Origin: an uncultured Candidatus Saccharibacteria bacterium
GTDB taxonomy: Bacteria > Patescibacteriota > Minisyncoccia > Phycocordibacterales > UBA12088
Length of the DNA stretch: 64,000 bases
Direction of reading: 5' to 3'
Assembly (NCBI GenBank): GCA_964521185.1
Contig: CAZFRC010000002.1
Location: forward strand, 7,779 to 71,778
Under the pieces are notes generated by a model, which ran no database searches, had not been told where the DNA came from, and saw only the letters and a list, made by a program, of their open reading frames with translations. Position numbers and translations under genes: made by a program. Shown here one piece after another: positions 30,126 to 38,960 of the stretch. Position 1 is the first letter of the stretch; each line of letters begins with the position of its first letter.

Positions 30126-33100
30126 ATGAGTACTTTTACTAACAATCTTTCAACTTCAAAAGTTGCGGCGATTGTGGTTGGTGTAGTGCTTCTCGCAGGC
30201 GCAGCGTTTGCTCTTCCAGCAAAGGCCCAGACTGTCGAATCACTCACGGCACAAATCAACAGTCTTCTTGCAACGATCGCATCACTCCAATCCCAACTTG
30301 CGGCAATGGGTGGTGGATCTGGAATGGGTGCAGGTGTTTGTCCTGCCCAATGGAATACGAACTTACAAACAGGTTCGACAGGAGCAGATGTAATGAAACT
30401 CCAGAAATTCCTTAACTCTGATGCGGCAACTAAGGTTGCTGACTCGGGAGCGGGATCTCCTGGAATGGAATCTGAATACTATGGTGCAAAAACCGCAGCA
30501 GCAGTATCGAAATTCCAAGAGAAATACGCTGCAGACATATTGACCCCGCTTGGCCTCACTGCTGGCACGGGTAAATTCTTCGCATCTTCACGTGCAAAAG
30601 CAAACATGCTTTGCGCAACTGCTTCCTCAAGCTCAAGTTCCTCTTCAGGAGGAGTGGTAGTCCCAGTAGGAACTGGTCTTTCAGTTTCGTCTGGATCACA
30701 ACCAGCAAACTCACTTGCGCCTGAAAATGCCTCACGTGTTCCATTCACGAAATTCATGGTTACGGCAGGCAATGATGGGGACGTAGTATTGAACAGCGTT
30801 ACTGTCAAGAAGGTCGGTCTTATTAATAAGACTGCCTTTGATGGCATTGTTCTTCTCGACGAAAATGGTATTCAAGTCGGTACTGCAAAGACACTTAATT
30901 CAAACGACGAAGCAACCATTGGCGAGAAAGTAACAATTCCTCGTGGTACCACGAAGATGTTCACTGTGGCGGCTAACATGGACTCAGATCTCGACAGTGA
31001 AAACGGTCAGGTCGGAGGAATGAATGTTGTCGCGGTAAACACCTCGGCAACCGTTACCGGCTCCTTGCCGATTGCGGGCGCAATGCATACCGTGAACTCG
31101 ACTCTTGCGGTCGGAACAGCAACAGCTGATGAATCAACGTTTGATCCTGACACTTCTCGAAGCAAGGAAGTTGGCACATCCAACTATATCTTTGCTGGCG
31201 TGAAGATCACTGCAGGTTCAGCAGAAGATGTTCGACTTCGTTCAATCCGATGGAACCAAACAGGTTCTATTTCGGGAAACGAGCTTGGCAATTTGATGGT
31301 CGTCGTTGATGGCACATCATATCCAGTCATGATATCTGCAGACGGTGATTACTTCTCAGCTTCATTCGGTAACGGCATCGTTATCGAGGAAGGCTTCTCG
31401 AAAGATGTCTACATTAAGGGCGATATCGTCGGCACCAATGCAGCGGGTCGTACTGTAATGTTTGACCTTGAGGAAGCAACTGACGTCTATCTTACGGGTG
31501 AAGAATTTGGTTACGGAGTCACTCCAACGGCTGGAACAACCGGCACGGCAAGTGATTCAACATCTGAATTCACTTCAGGTACGCCATTCTTCGATGGCTC
31601 GAAGGTAACAGTAACCGCAGGATCTGTTTCAACCGTTTCTCGATCGAATGCAGTTCCTGCACAGAACGTTGCGGTTAACGTAACAAACCAACCGCTCGGC
31701 GGATTCGATATTGACCTTAAGGGTGAGGCAATCTCAGTCCAGAGCATGGTATTTGAGTTCGCAACGACCACTGGCGCACAAACTTCAGATGGTTGGCTTA
31801 CGAACGTAACACTTGTAAATGAGAACGGTGCGGTAGTCGCAGGTCCAGCGGATTCTTCAACGACATTCTCTGGAGGCCGAACTTCAGTAACCTTCTCAGA
31901 TACTGTTACTTTCCCACTTGGAAAGCATACGTACACATTGAAAGGAAAAGTTCCTTCACAATGGGGTAACAATATGACGGTCCAGGCGTCAACCACGCCA
32001 GCAGCATGGACGAACGTAAAAGGCGACGTAACGGGTGATACCATCACTCTTTCACAGGGTTCATTCACAATGAACACCATGACAGTGAAAGCGGCAGCTC
32101 TTACGGTATCAGTTGGTTCTACTCCATCAGCGCAAAACATTGTGGCTGGTGTTCAGGATTACCTCTTCGCAAACTACATCTTCGACGCATCAGCGTCCGG
32201 TGAGGATGTACGATTCTCAACTATTCCTCTTCTCCCAACCGGAGCAGGCGGTTTCGTTGCTTCGTACCTCACTGGTTGTCAGCTTTTCGACGGTTCGACC
32301 GCGCTTAACACCGGAACGAACGTTGTTGATAGCCCAACGGTGGATGGATCAACGAACGCAACCTTCACTCTTGACGATCAGTTTGTTGTTACCAAGGGCA
32401 CGATCAAGACGCTTACACTCAAATGTGACGTTTCTGGTTCTGCTTCAGGAACAATCAAGTGGGGCATTGGTGCGGTTGCGTCAAGCTTTACTGTAACGGG
32501 CGTGACGTCTTCAAACTCAGTGTCTGAAACGATTAACAGCTCGACTGGTCAACTTCAAACGATTGCATCCGGTTCCTTCACTGTGGCAAAGGATTCATCA
32601 AGTCCTTCCTACGCAGTTGCAGCAGCCGGTTCAACTGATGTTACCCTTGGCGTACTTAAGCTTCGCGCAACAAACGAAGAGCTCAAGCTTCGCCAATTGG
32701 CACTTCAGCTCACTGGTCCTACCGCTTCGTCAACTGACGCGGTGTTCGTAAACGGCACAGTGAAGATCTACGATGGTGCACAGCTTGTCGGTACTGCGGT
32801 CTTCAATAGCTCAGGTCGCTACGCAACTTCAACTCTTACGACCCAGGTCACGCTTCCAAAGGATACGGACAAAGTCCTTACTCTTAAGGCCGACCTCTCG
32901 GGTGTTGGTTCTTCAGAACCAGGCATCCAGGGCGCATTGGTTAAGGTTGACTATGACGGTTCGAACGCAGCTGACACTGAAGCAATCGGTAGCGGTAGCT
33001 CAACAGTTGACTCATCGTCAACGACCGACACGGCAGTAGATGGGGTACGAGTATTCCGCACCTATCCTCGCCTTGCCAAGCTTTCGGTTCCGACCACGAA

Positions 33101-33656
33101 TCTTGTGAACGGCACCAACAAGCTCTATCGCTTCTCGGTAACAGCAGACTCAAAGGGTGATCTTTCGCTCTACAAGTTCAGCTTTACCATGTCGACCACG
33201 ACAGTCAGCGCAGCAAGTCTTCAGGTGTACGGCTTTACTGACAGCGGCTTCTCACAAACTGTTTCGGGCTACGGCTCGGACGGCGCGCTTCGAAGCGCTG
33301 CAGTTGCGCCAACCGCAACTCTTGCTGAGTACGTGATCACCAATACTGGTGGCACAGAAACTCCGCTTGTTATTCCTGCCGGTGCTACACGTTACTTCGA
33401 AGTACGTGCAACTATCACTGGTGGAGATGGCGATGGAGATTCGATCCAAATCCAGCTTGACGGTGATGCAGACTTCCCATCGCTTGCAGCGCTTATGGCG
33501 AGTGCAACGAGCGTAGATTCGGACGCAAATGATGACTTTATCTGGTCACCAAATGCAACGACTACGTCAGGAGTTACTGCAAACGACTGGACCAACGGTT
33601 ATGGATTGCCAGGACTCCCATCATCCAACATGGATGCTGAAGTTTTGAGTAACTAA
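30126..33656 (+). CDS. Large secreted/surface protein of 1176 aa, S-layer-like by inference. It has an N-terminal TM/signal anchor, a coiled coil, a peptidoglycan-binding domain, and a long Thr/Ser/Gly/Val-rich beta region.
   Basis: The signal anchor is AAIVVGVVLLAGAAFALPAKA. GADVMKLQKFLNSD...YYGAKTAAAVSKFQEKYA resembles PG_binding_1. A poly-Ser linker and about 900 aa of low-complexity beta-rich sequence follow. Confidence 0.7.
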   Translation: MSTFTNNLSTSKVAAIVVGVVLLAGAAFALPAKAQTVESLTAQINSLLATIASLQSQLAAMGGGSGMGAGVCPAQWNTNLQTGSTGADVMKLQKFLNSDAATKVADSGAGSPGMESEYYGAKTAAAVSKFQEKYAADILTPLGLTAGTGKFFASSRAKANMLCATASSSSSSSSGGVVVPVGTGLSVSSGSQPANSLAPENASRVPFTKFMVTAGNDGDVVLNSVTVKKVGLINKTAFDGIVLLDENGIQVGTAKTLNSNDEATIGEKVTIPRGTTKMFTVAANMDSDLDSENGQVGGMNVVAVNTSATVTGSLPIAGAMHTVNSTLAVGTATADESTFDPDTSRSKEVGTSNYIFAGVKITAGSAEDVRLRSIRWNQTGSISGNELGNLMVVVDGTSYPVMISADGDYFSASFGNGIVIEEGFSKDVYIKGDIVGTNAAGRTVMFDLEEATDVYLTGEEFGYGVTPTAGTTGTASDSTSEFTSGTPFFDGSKVTVTAGSVSTVSRSNAVPAQNVAVNVTNQPLGGFDIDLKGEAISVQSMVFEFATTTGAQTSDGWLTNVTLVNENGAVVAGPADSSTTFSGGRTSVTFSDTVTFPLGKHTYTLKGKVPSQWGNNMTVQASTTPAAWTNVKGDVTGDTITLSQGSFTMNTMTVKAAALTVSVGSTPSAQNIVAGVQDYLFANYIFDASASGEDVRFSTIPLLPTGAGGFVASYLTGCQLFDGSTALNTGTNVVDSPTVDGSTNATFTLDDQFVVTKGTIKTLTLKCDVSGSASGTIKWGIGAVASSFTVTGVTSSNSVSETINSSTGQLQTIASGSFTVAKDSSSPSYAVAAAGSTDVTLGVLKLRATNEELKLRQLALQLTGPTASSTDAVFVNGTVKIYDGAQLVGTAVFNSSGRYATSTLTTQVTLPKDTDKVLTLKADLSGVGSSEPGIQGALVKVDYDGSNAADTEAIGSGSSTVDSSSTTDTAVDGVRVFRTYPRLAKLSVPTTNLVNGTNKLYRFSVTADSKGDLSLYKFSFTMSTTTVSAASLQVYGFTDSGFSQTVSGYGSDGALRSAAVAPTATLAEYVITNTGGTETPLVIPAGATRYFEVRATITGGDGDGDSIQIQLDGDADFPSLAALMASATSVDSDANDDFIWSPNATTTSGVTANDWTNGYGLPGLPSSNMDAEVLSN

Positions 33657-33690
33657 TACTCGCGGTCTCTAGGGCTTGTATCTGGAGCCC

Positions 33691-33729
33691 AAAAACACAA
33701 AACCCCCATACAGGGGGTTTTGTGTTTTT
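33691..33729. terminator. Very strong intrinsic terminator with a 17-bp perfect stem after the surface-protein gene.
   Basis: AAAAACACAAAACCCCC-ataca-GGGGGTTTTGTGTTTTT. Confidence 0.85.
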
Positions 33730-33789
33730 CATGCCCTAAAAAAAATATAAAAAGGGTTTGCTTGTCTCTAGGTCTCGTTTTGTGCAAGA

Positions 33790-34614
33790 ATGGCATGTAT
33801 GGAACCTGTACAACCAGACACTCATACAGAGCCTCAGCGTTTTGAAAGAAAGAGCTTGCGCGCCCCATTTATAGGTGGCAGCATTTTGTTCGTGTGTTTG
33901 GCAATTGTCGGCATTCACTTGTTCTCCACGGAAGGAATAGGTGGATTAAAAGAACTAATTCTCCCTTCAGAACTGAAAAAGAATATAGAGCCAGTGATTA
34001 TTGGAGAGCTTGAAGAGGCGCCAAAACCATCTCTTGATGAGCCAGTTCTCTATGCTCCAACGTTAACTGCCGAACAGAAAAATACGCTCGCCGTGCAAAT
34101 CGCGGACTCAAGGAACACACTCACAAAGAACGATGAAATTTTTGGAGAATGGGTTATCCTCTCCACGTATTATCGTCAGGCGGGCGACCTGCGTAAGGCG
34201 GAGGCGGCGCTTAAATATGCGGGATGGATTTCCCCCGAAAATGTTACCTCCTTCAATAATCTCGGGAATTTGTACCACTTTGAACTTAAGGAGTATGAGA
34301 ATGCAGAAAAAGCATTCATGTGGGCGATTCAAAACGATCCCACGTATGTAATCTCCTACAAAAACCTCCACGAGCTGTATGCGTACTCATACAAGACGGA
34401 TACCAATTTGGCGGCCGACGCGCTCCTTCAGGGGCTTGAAAATAATCCAAACCATATTGATCTCTTAACCATGCTTGCAAGATATTACGCCGTGGTACGG
34501 GACGATGTAGAAAATGCACAGACGTATTATCGTAAGGCACAAACCGAGGCAGAACGTCTTGGAAACACCAGTCTATCTGCTATCATCGAAGAAGAGTTGT
34601 CTGGCCTTAAATAA
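33790..34614 (+). CDS. TPR-repeat protein with an N-terminal TM anchor.
   Basis: TM helix ILFVCLAIVGIHLF, then degenerate TPR motifs (AEKAFMWAIQNDPTYVISYKNL...). Confidence 0.6.
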   Translation: MACMEPVQPDTHTEPQRFERKSLRAPFIGGSILFVCLAIVGIHLFSTEGIGGLKELILPSELKKNIEPVIIGELEEAPKPSLDEPVLYAPTLTAEQKNTLAVQIADSRNTLTKNDEIFGEWVILSTYYRQAGDLRKAEAALKYAGWISPENVTSFNNLGNLYHFELKEYENAEKAFMWAIQNDPTYVISYKNLHELYAYSYKTDTNLAADALLQGLENNPNHIDLLTMLARYYAVVRDDVENAQTYYRKAQTEAERLGNTSLSAIIEEELSGLK

Positions 34615-34631
34615 ATGGGTACACTACACGC

Positions 34632-34817
34632 ATGGAACAATACACACTGTGGAATAACACGTTTCTAAAATTCGCCGTCGGTTTTTTGGCTATCCTCACG
34701 TTCTCTTTTTTGCTTCTCGTGATAGTGGGCACTTTTCAAAATAGTGCGAAATCAGCTGAAGACCAGACATCCGCTGGTGCGGTGTTAGGAAAAGAGCCGG
34801 GACTCATTGGCTATTAA
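34632..34817 (+). CDS. Hypothetical small membrane protein of 61 aa.
   Basis: A single TM helix. Confidence 0.35.
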   Translation: MEQYTLWNNTFLKFAVGFLAILTFSFLLLVIVGTFQNSAKSAEDQTSAGAVLGKEPGLIGY

Positions 34818-35340
34818 CGCTATGCGAGACCAATATGTATGGAATATGGTGTTTACTCTCTTTTTCGCCACGGTGTTTGTCGCGTCGTTTGCCGTGATTG
34901 TTACTCTGAATGGAAGAATTCCTACCACTATAGACACGTTTGATTTAGTGCTAGTTTCTCTTGCTACATTTCGCCTGACTCGTCTGTTTGTATACGACAA
35001 AATCATGGAATGGTTTCGAGACTTCTTTTTTCATGTTGAAGTGCAAAAACTTGATAACGGCGAAGAAATGGTAATTCGTCATAAACTGGCAGGGGGACCG
35101 CTTCGAACTGTCTCCGACCTGCTCACCTGTCCGTGGTGTTTTGGCGTCTGGTCGTCGGCAACGATTCTCTTTTTTTATTTTCTGACGCCGCTCTCGTGGT
35201 ATCCGATTTTAATGCTTGCCGTAGCGGGTATTGGATCATTTCTCCAGATTCTTATGAATGTTGTCGGTTGGACAGCTGAACGTCAAAAACAAGCCGTTGA
35301 ACAGCGGGTGGTTGATTCATACCCTAAGACTGGTATATAG
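34807..35340 (+). CDS. Membrane protein with a conserved CPWC motif, possibly DUF1360-like.
   Basis: Four TM helices and the LTCPWCFGVWS motif. The family assignment is from memory. Confidence 0.45.
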   Translation: MAINAMRDQYVWNMVFTLFFATVFVASFAVIVTLNGRIPTTIDTFDLVLVSLATFRLTRLFVYDKIMEWFRDFFFHVEVQKLDNGEEMVIRHKLAGGPLRTVSDLLTCPWCFGVWSSATILFFYFLTPLSWYPILMLAVAGIGSFLQILMNVVGWTAERQKQAVEQRVVDSYPKTGI

Positions 35341-35467
35341 TCGCCTATTAGACGTCGAATGCGCGCGGACCGTCAGTCCGCAACCACAGAGAGCCGTGGG
35401 AGACACCGTGTTGTCCCAGCCATCTTTCAATGTTCGGTCTGTCGCCGCTCTTCTTCTCAAGGAGGCA

Positions 35468-36067
35468 TTGGCGACCATACCGAATCAGTTGACCCTGCTT
35501 CGGGTGTTGCTTGTCCCACCCGTCCTAGGGTTTCTGTTTATCGAGCAATTCTTGGTAGCATTTGTAATTTTCGCAGCGGCTGCTACCACTGATTTCTTCG
35601 ATGGATTTTTGGCGAGGCGCTGGAAGCAAGGAAGTTTTTCAGGTCGGATATTTGATCCAGCTGCCGACAAACTTTTTGTTGATGGGAATCTAATCGGGAT
35701 ATGGTATGCTGGATTGATTTCAGGACCGCTATTCTTGATGGTGGGGTCAATAACGCTCGCCTACGATATAAGGGTCACATATCGGCGTTGGCCGGATTTT
35801 TTGCATGCCGTCCGCTATGGGGGTGGTGGAGCTGAGGAAGCTTTGTCACCTACACGGGTGGCAAAGTGGAAGACGGGCTTCCAGCTGGTCGGCATCGGGA
35901 CATCAATCATTGCTCCCGTGCTCGATCCTTTCTTTGGACTTCCATATGGGACGAGCTGGGGTTCCTATAGTCTTTACGATATCGCCGCAATCCTCATAGT
36001 GATGAGCGGCATCATGGTGACACTCTCGTGGATCATCTACGAGAGATTACCAGCTCTGGCACGTTGA
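35468..36067 (+). CDS. pgsA: CDP-alcohol phosphatidyltransferase (PgsA-like). It has a TTG start preceded by AAGGAGG, inside the longer ORF 35258.
   Basis: DFFDGFLARRWKQGSFSGRIFDPAADKL matches the CDP-OH transferase motif D-G-x2-A-R...G-x3-D-x3-D. Confidence 0.75.
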   Translation: MATIPNQLTLLRVLLVPPVLGFLFIEQFLVAFVIFAAAATTDFFDGFLARRWKQGSFSGRIFDPAADKLFVDGNLIGIWYAGLISGPLFLMVGSITLAYDIRVTYRRWPDFLHAVRYGGGGAEEALSPTRVAKWKTGFQLVGIGTSIIAPVLDPFFGLPYGTSWGSYSLYDIAAILIVMSGIMVTLSWIIYERLPALAR

Positions 36068-36091
36068 CACAGGAAGATCAGACGGCTCACA

Positions 36092-36120
36092 GTGCCCTCC
36101 TCGGAGGGCACATGTTTTTT
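36092..36120 (+). terminator. Intrinsic terminator after pgsA. The putative rplJ leader follows at 36121-36290.
   Basis: GTGCCCTCC-tc-GGAGGGCAC followed by TTTTTT. Confidence 0.7.
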
Positions 36121-36290
36121 GACGAACTCACTTTCAATATGCTAAGGTAGCTTTCAAGCACCGAAGAAAGTCGGCGTCTCCAAACGGAGACTTAAGTTGC
36201 CACTTGTGGCAAACCGGCCGAGGTCGACACATCTTTTTGGGATATTCCCAATATGTCGGTGCCCCAATTATCAGGGCCATTTTTATTCCT

Positions 36291-36782
36291 ATGGCTATCA
36301 CACGGGAGAAAAAAGAAAGTATTGTTAAAGAAGTTACTGACGCCGTCAAAGGCGCCAGCTCGGCAGTATTTCTATCGTTTAAGGGACTTACCGTCTCCGA
36401 AACAGTTGCCATCCGAAAAGCGCTTCGAAATGCTGGGGTTAAGATGAAGGTCGCAAAAAAGACGTTGGTTCGAAGAGCTCTTGGAGATTCTGGAATATCT
36501 GGCGATATGCCGGACATGCCGGGCGAGCTTATATTTGCGTATGGTGACGATTTGGTCGCACCTGCTCGTGAGATACACGAATTTGTTAAAAAGGATGCAG
36601 AAAAACTCAAGATAGTCGGGGGCGTGTTCGAAAAACGATTCATGAACGCATCACAGATGATGGATATCGCGCTCATTCCGCCACTTCGAACGCTCCACGC
36701 ACAGTTTGTGAATGTCATCAATGCGCCGATCCAAGGTTTGGTGATTGCGTTTTCTGAGATTGCAAAGAAGAAAGAATCGTAA
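36291..36782 (+). CDS. rplJ: 50S ribosomal protein L10. The ATG at 36291 lies inside ORF 36204.
   Basis: MAITREKKESIVKEVTDAVKGASSAVFLSFKGLTVSETVAIRKALRNAGVKMKVAKKTL. Confidence 0.9.
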   Translation: MAITREKKESIVKEVTDAVKGASSAVFLSFKGLTVSETVAIRKALRNAGVKMKVAKKTLVRRALGDSGISGDMPDMPGELIFAYGDDLVAPAREIHEFVKKDAEKLKIVGGVFEKRFMNASQMMDIALIPPLRTLHAQFVNVINAPIQGLVIAFSEIAKKKES

Positions 36783-36806
36783 TTATTACAAATAATATTA
36801 CATACC

Positions 36807-37214
36807 ATGTCTGACGAAACAGGAGCACCAGAGGTAGTCGAGGTGCCGGATAAGTTCAAGAGCCTTGTCGAATCAATCGAAAAGATGAGCGTCTTGGATC
36901 TCAATGAGTTGGTAAAAGTGTTCGAAAAGAAATTTGGCGTTTCTGCACAAGCGGTGGCCGTTGCCGCTCCTTCCTCTGGAGTCGCCGCTTCCGGAGAAGA
37001 ACAATCAACTTTCGCGGTTGAACTTACTTCGGGCGGCGACAACAAGATCGCGGTTATTAAGGCAGTGAAAGAAGCTCTCGCACTTGGCCTTAAAGAAGCA
37101 AAGGATTTGGTTGACGGTGCCCCCGCGCTTCTTAAGGAAGGCCTTAAGAAAGAAGAGGCGGAAGAGCTTAAAAAGAAAGTTGAGGAAGCTGGAGGTAAGG
37201 TTACCCTTAAATAA
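36807..37214 (+). CDS. rplL: 50S ribosomal protein L7/L12.
   Basis: N-terminal dimerisation domain, an Ala-rich hinge, and C-terminal ...[59 protein letters not shown]. Confidence 0.95.
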   Translation: MSDETGAPEVVEVPDKFKSLVESIEKMSVLDLNELVKVFEKKFGVSAQAVAVAAPSSGVAASGEEQSTFAVELTSGGDNKIAVIKAVKEALALGLKEAKDLVDGAPALLKEGLKKEEAEELKKKVEEAGGKVTLK

Positions 37215-37232
37215 GGAATATCTCTCTCCATA

Positions 37233-37260
37233 AAAACGACGCCCAAAAGGCGTCGTTTTT
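37233..37260 (+). terminator. Intrinsic terminator after rplL.
   Basis: AAAACGACGCC-caaaa-GGCGTCGTTTTT. Confidence 0.8.
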
Positions 37261-37463
37261 ATGTACCCATTAATTGGTTTCTTTGGCAAGTTCCCAGAAA
37301 AGTACTTCATGATACAATGCCCCAACGTACTGAATGGACGAACTGAATGATTGAGTATGTATCCTGTTAGAGATTACCTTCACCGTATGACACACACCGA
37401 TCGAATGATGCCCACAAAGGTCGAATACTACCAGTTATTATCTAGGCAAGCCGCATCTGCGAC

Positions 37464-38036
37464 TTGTCTCTAAATAGAATGTACGTCCTTGACCGACTAT
37501 TCGGAAATCCACTCCGCGCAAAACTCATTCGCTTTTTCATCCTGAATCCCGATCTCCCGGTCACATTTGCTGATATTGCGCGTCGGACCCATATTCCTGC
37601 GTCAAGAGTAGCGCGCGAGATGCCGCGCCTTCGGACGATAGGATTGGTACGACGAGGAAAGAAAGATACCTGGATTTTACATGAACGATTTCCCCACAGA
37701 GAAGCGCTTCGCGCGTTTATACATGCAGTACCCCCGCTTTCATTTGAGGAAATAGCAAAACGCATAGTAAGCACTGGCCGTGTTCGGCTGATTGTTCTCT
37801 CTGGAGTTTTTTCGGAAGCGCCAGAAAGTCCGGTGGATGTGTTAGTTGTTGGGGATGGTATGAAGATGAAGACTTTCGAAAGTACAGTGCGTACCATAGA
37901 AAGTCTCTTTGGCCATGAAATTCGGTACGCTCTGTTCACCAGTACGGATTATCGATACCGAAAAAGCATTAACGATCGTTTGCTGAGGAACACCTTCGAT
38001 TATCCGCATCACGTTATTTTTGAACGAGCGGGGTAG
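37464..38036 (+). CDS. Hypothetical protein with an N-terminal wHTH and a minimal nucleotidyltransferase-like motif.
   Basis: HTH ...VTFADIARRTHIPASRVAREMPRLRTIGLV. The GVFSEAPESPVDVLVVGD stretch resembles G[SG]x9-13DxD, a weak match. Confidence 0.4.
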   Translation: MSLNRMYVLDRLFGNPLRAKLIRFFILNPDLPVTFADIARRTHIPASRVAREMPRLRTIGLVRRGKKDTWILHERFPHREALRAFIHAVPPLSFEEIAKRIVSTGRVRLIVLSGVFSEAPESPVDVLVVGDGMKMKTFESTVRTIESLFGHEIRYALFTSTDYRYRKSINDRLLRNTFDYPHHVIFERAG

Positions 38037-38199
38037 GTTTTCAGGGATACGTGCGACACGACAGCTATCCACAGCCCATGTTCAGAATGACTATCGAAAC
38101 GATACAATAGAAAAAGCAGCACTCCCCACTTTTTGTGTGGTTTTATCAACAAGATCGAGATTCCGGATTGTCGGAGTAAGATCATAATTTTTCATTTGT

Positions 38200-38889
38200 A
38201 TGACGCTTGAGACTTGGACAGAGGTGTTCGTACGCTCCTTCCAGGAGCTTTGGTTCGGGGTGGTATCTTTTATACCAAACCTAATTGTGTCTCTGGTTAT
38301 TCTGGTCTTAGGGTGGTTGATTGGGCTCGGTGTTCAGCGAATTATCGCAGGATTAGTGGACTCGCTTCGTATTGACACCGCACTTCGAAACGCGGGGGTT
38401 GAGGCTGCGTTTGAACGAGCGGGAATACGCCTCCATGCAGGCACATTCCTGGGGGCGTTAGTCAAATGGTTTATCGTTGCCGCGTTTCTTCTCGTTTCGT
38501 TCGAGATTTTAGGACTCACTCAGGTGACCTTCTTCCTTCGTGAAGTGATCCTTTCGTATCTTCCTAAAGTTATCGTTGCGGTAGTGATGATTCTTGTTGC
38601 GGCAATGATCGCCGAAGTGATATACAACATCGTAGTCGCAGGAGCAAAGGCCGCGCGCATTACTTCAGCGCACCTCGCAGGGTTGATTGCAAAATGGGCG
38701 ATTTGGTTATTTGCGATTCTTGCGGTCATGTCCCAGCTTGGAATTGCTGAGCCGTTTGTGCAGACACTGTTCACGGGTATCGTGGTTGCCTTTTCAATTG
38801 CTCTTGGACTTGCGTTTGGGCTTGGCGGTCAACAAATAGCTGCTCGTCATCTGGATCGGCTTGAAAGAGAGTTTGTCGATAAAAAATAA
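38200..38889 (+). CDS. Membrane protein with two repeated conserved TM-helix modules, MscS-N-terminal-like.
   Basis: Internal repeat: LIVSLVILVLGWLIGLGVQRIIAGLVDSL is echoed by VIVAVVMILVAAMIAEVIYNIVVAGAKAARI. Confidence 0.5.
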   Translation: MTLETWTEVFVRSFQELWFGVVSFIPNLIVSLVILVLGWLIGLGVQRIIAGLVDSLRIDTALRNAGVEAAFERAGIRLHAGTFLGALVKWFIVAAFLLVSFEILGLTQVTFFLREVILSYLPKVIVAVVMILVAAMIAEVIYNIVVAGAKAARITSAHLAGLIAKWAIWLFAILAVMSQLGIAEPFVQTLFTGIVVAFSIALGLAFGLGGQQIAARHLDRLEREFVDKK

Positions 38890-38960
38890 GTAGAAGAGTA
38901 TTACATTACCCCGCTTCCAGTAATTCGAGGGCGGGGTAGTATAATTCTTGGGCAGTACTT

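Noticed and set aside
35258-35467. A 5' extension of the pgsA ORF overlapping the upstream CPWC-motif gene.
   Set aside because: The PgsA-family N-terminus aligns from ATIPNQLTLLRVL. A TTG at 35468 with an AAGGAGG upstream is the more plausible start.
36134-37246. 370-aa ORF on the minus strand.
   Set aside because: It is entirely antisense to rplJ and rplL, whose identities are unambiguous. The product is low-complexity, Ala/Ser-rich.
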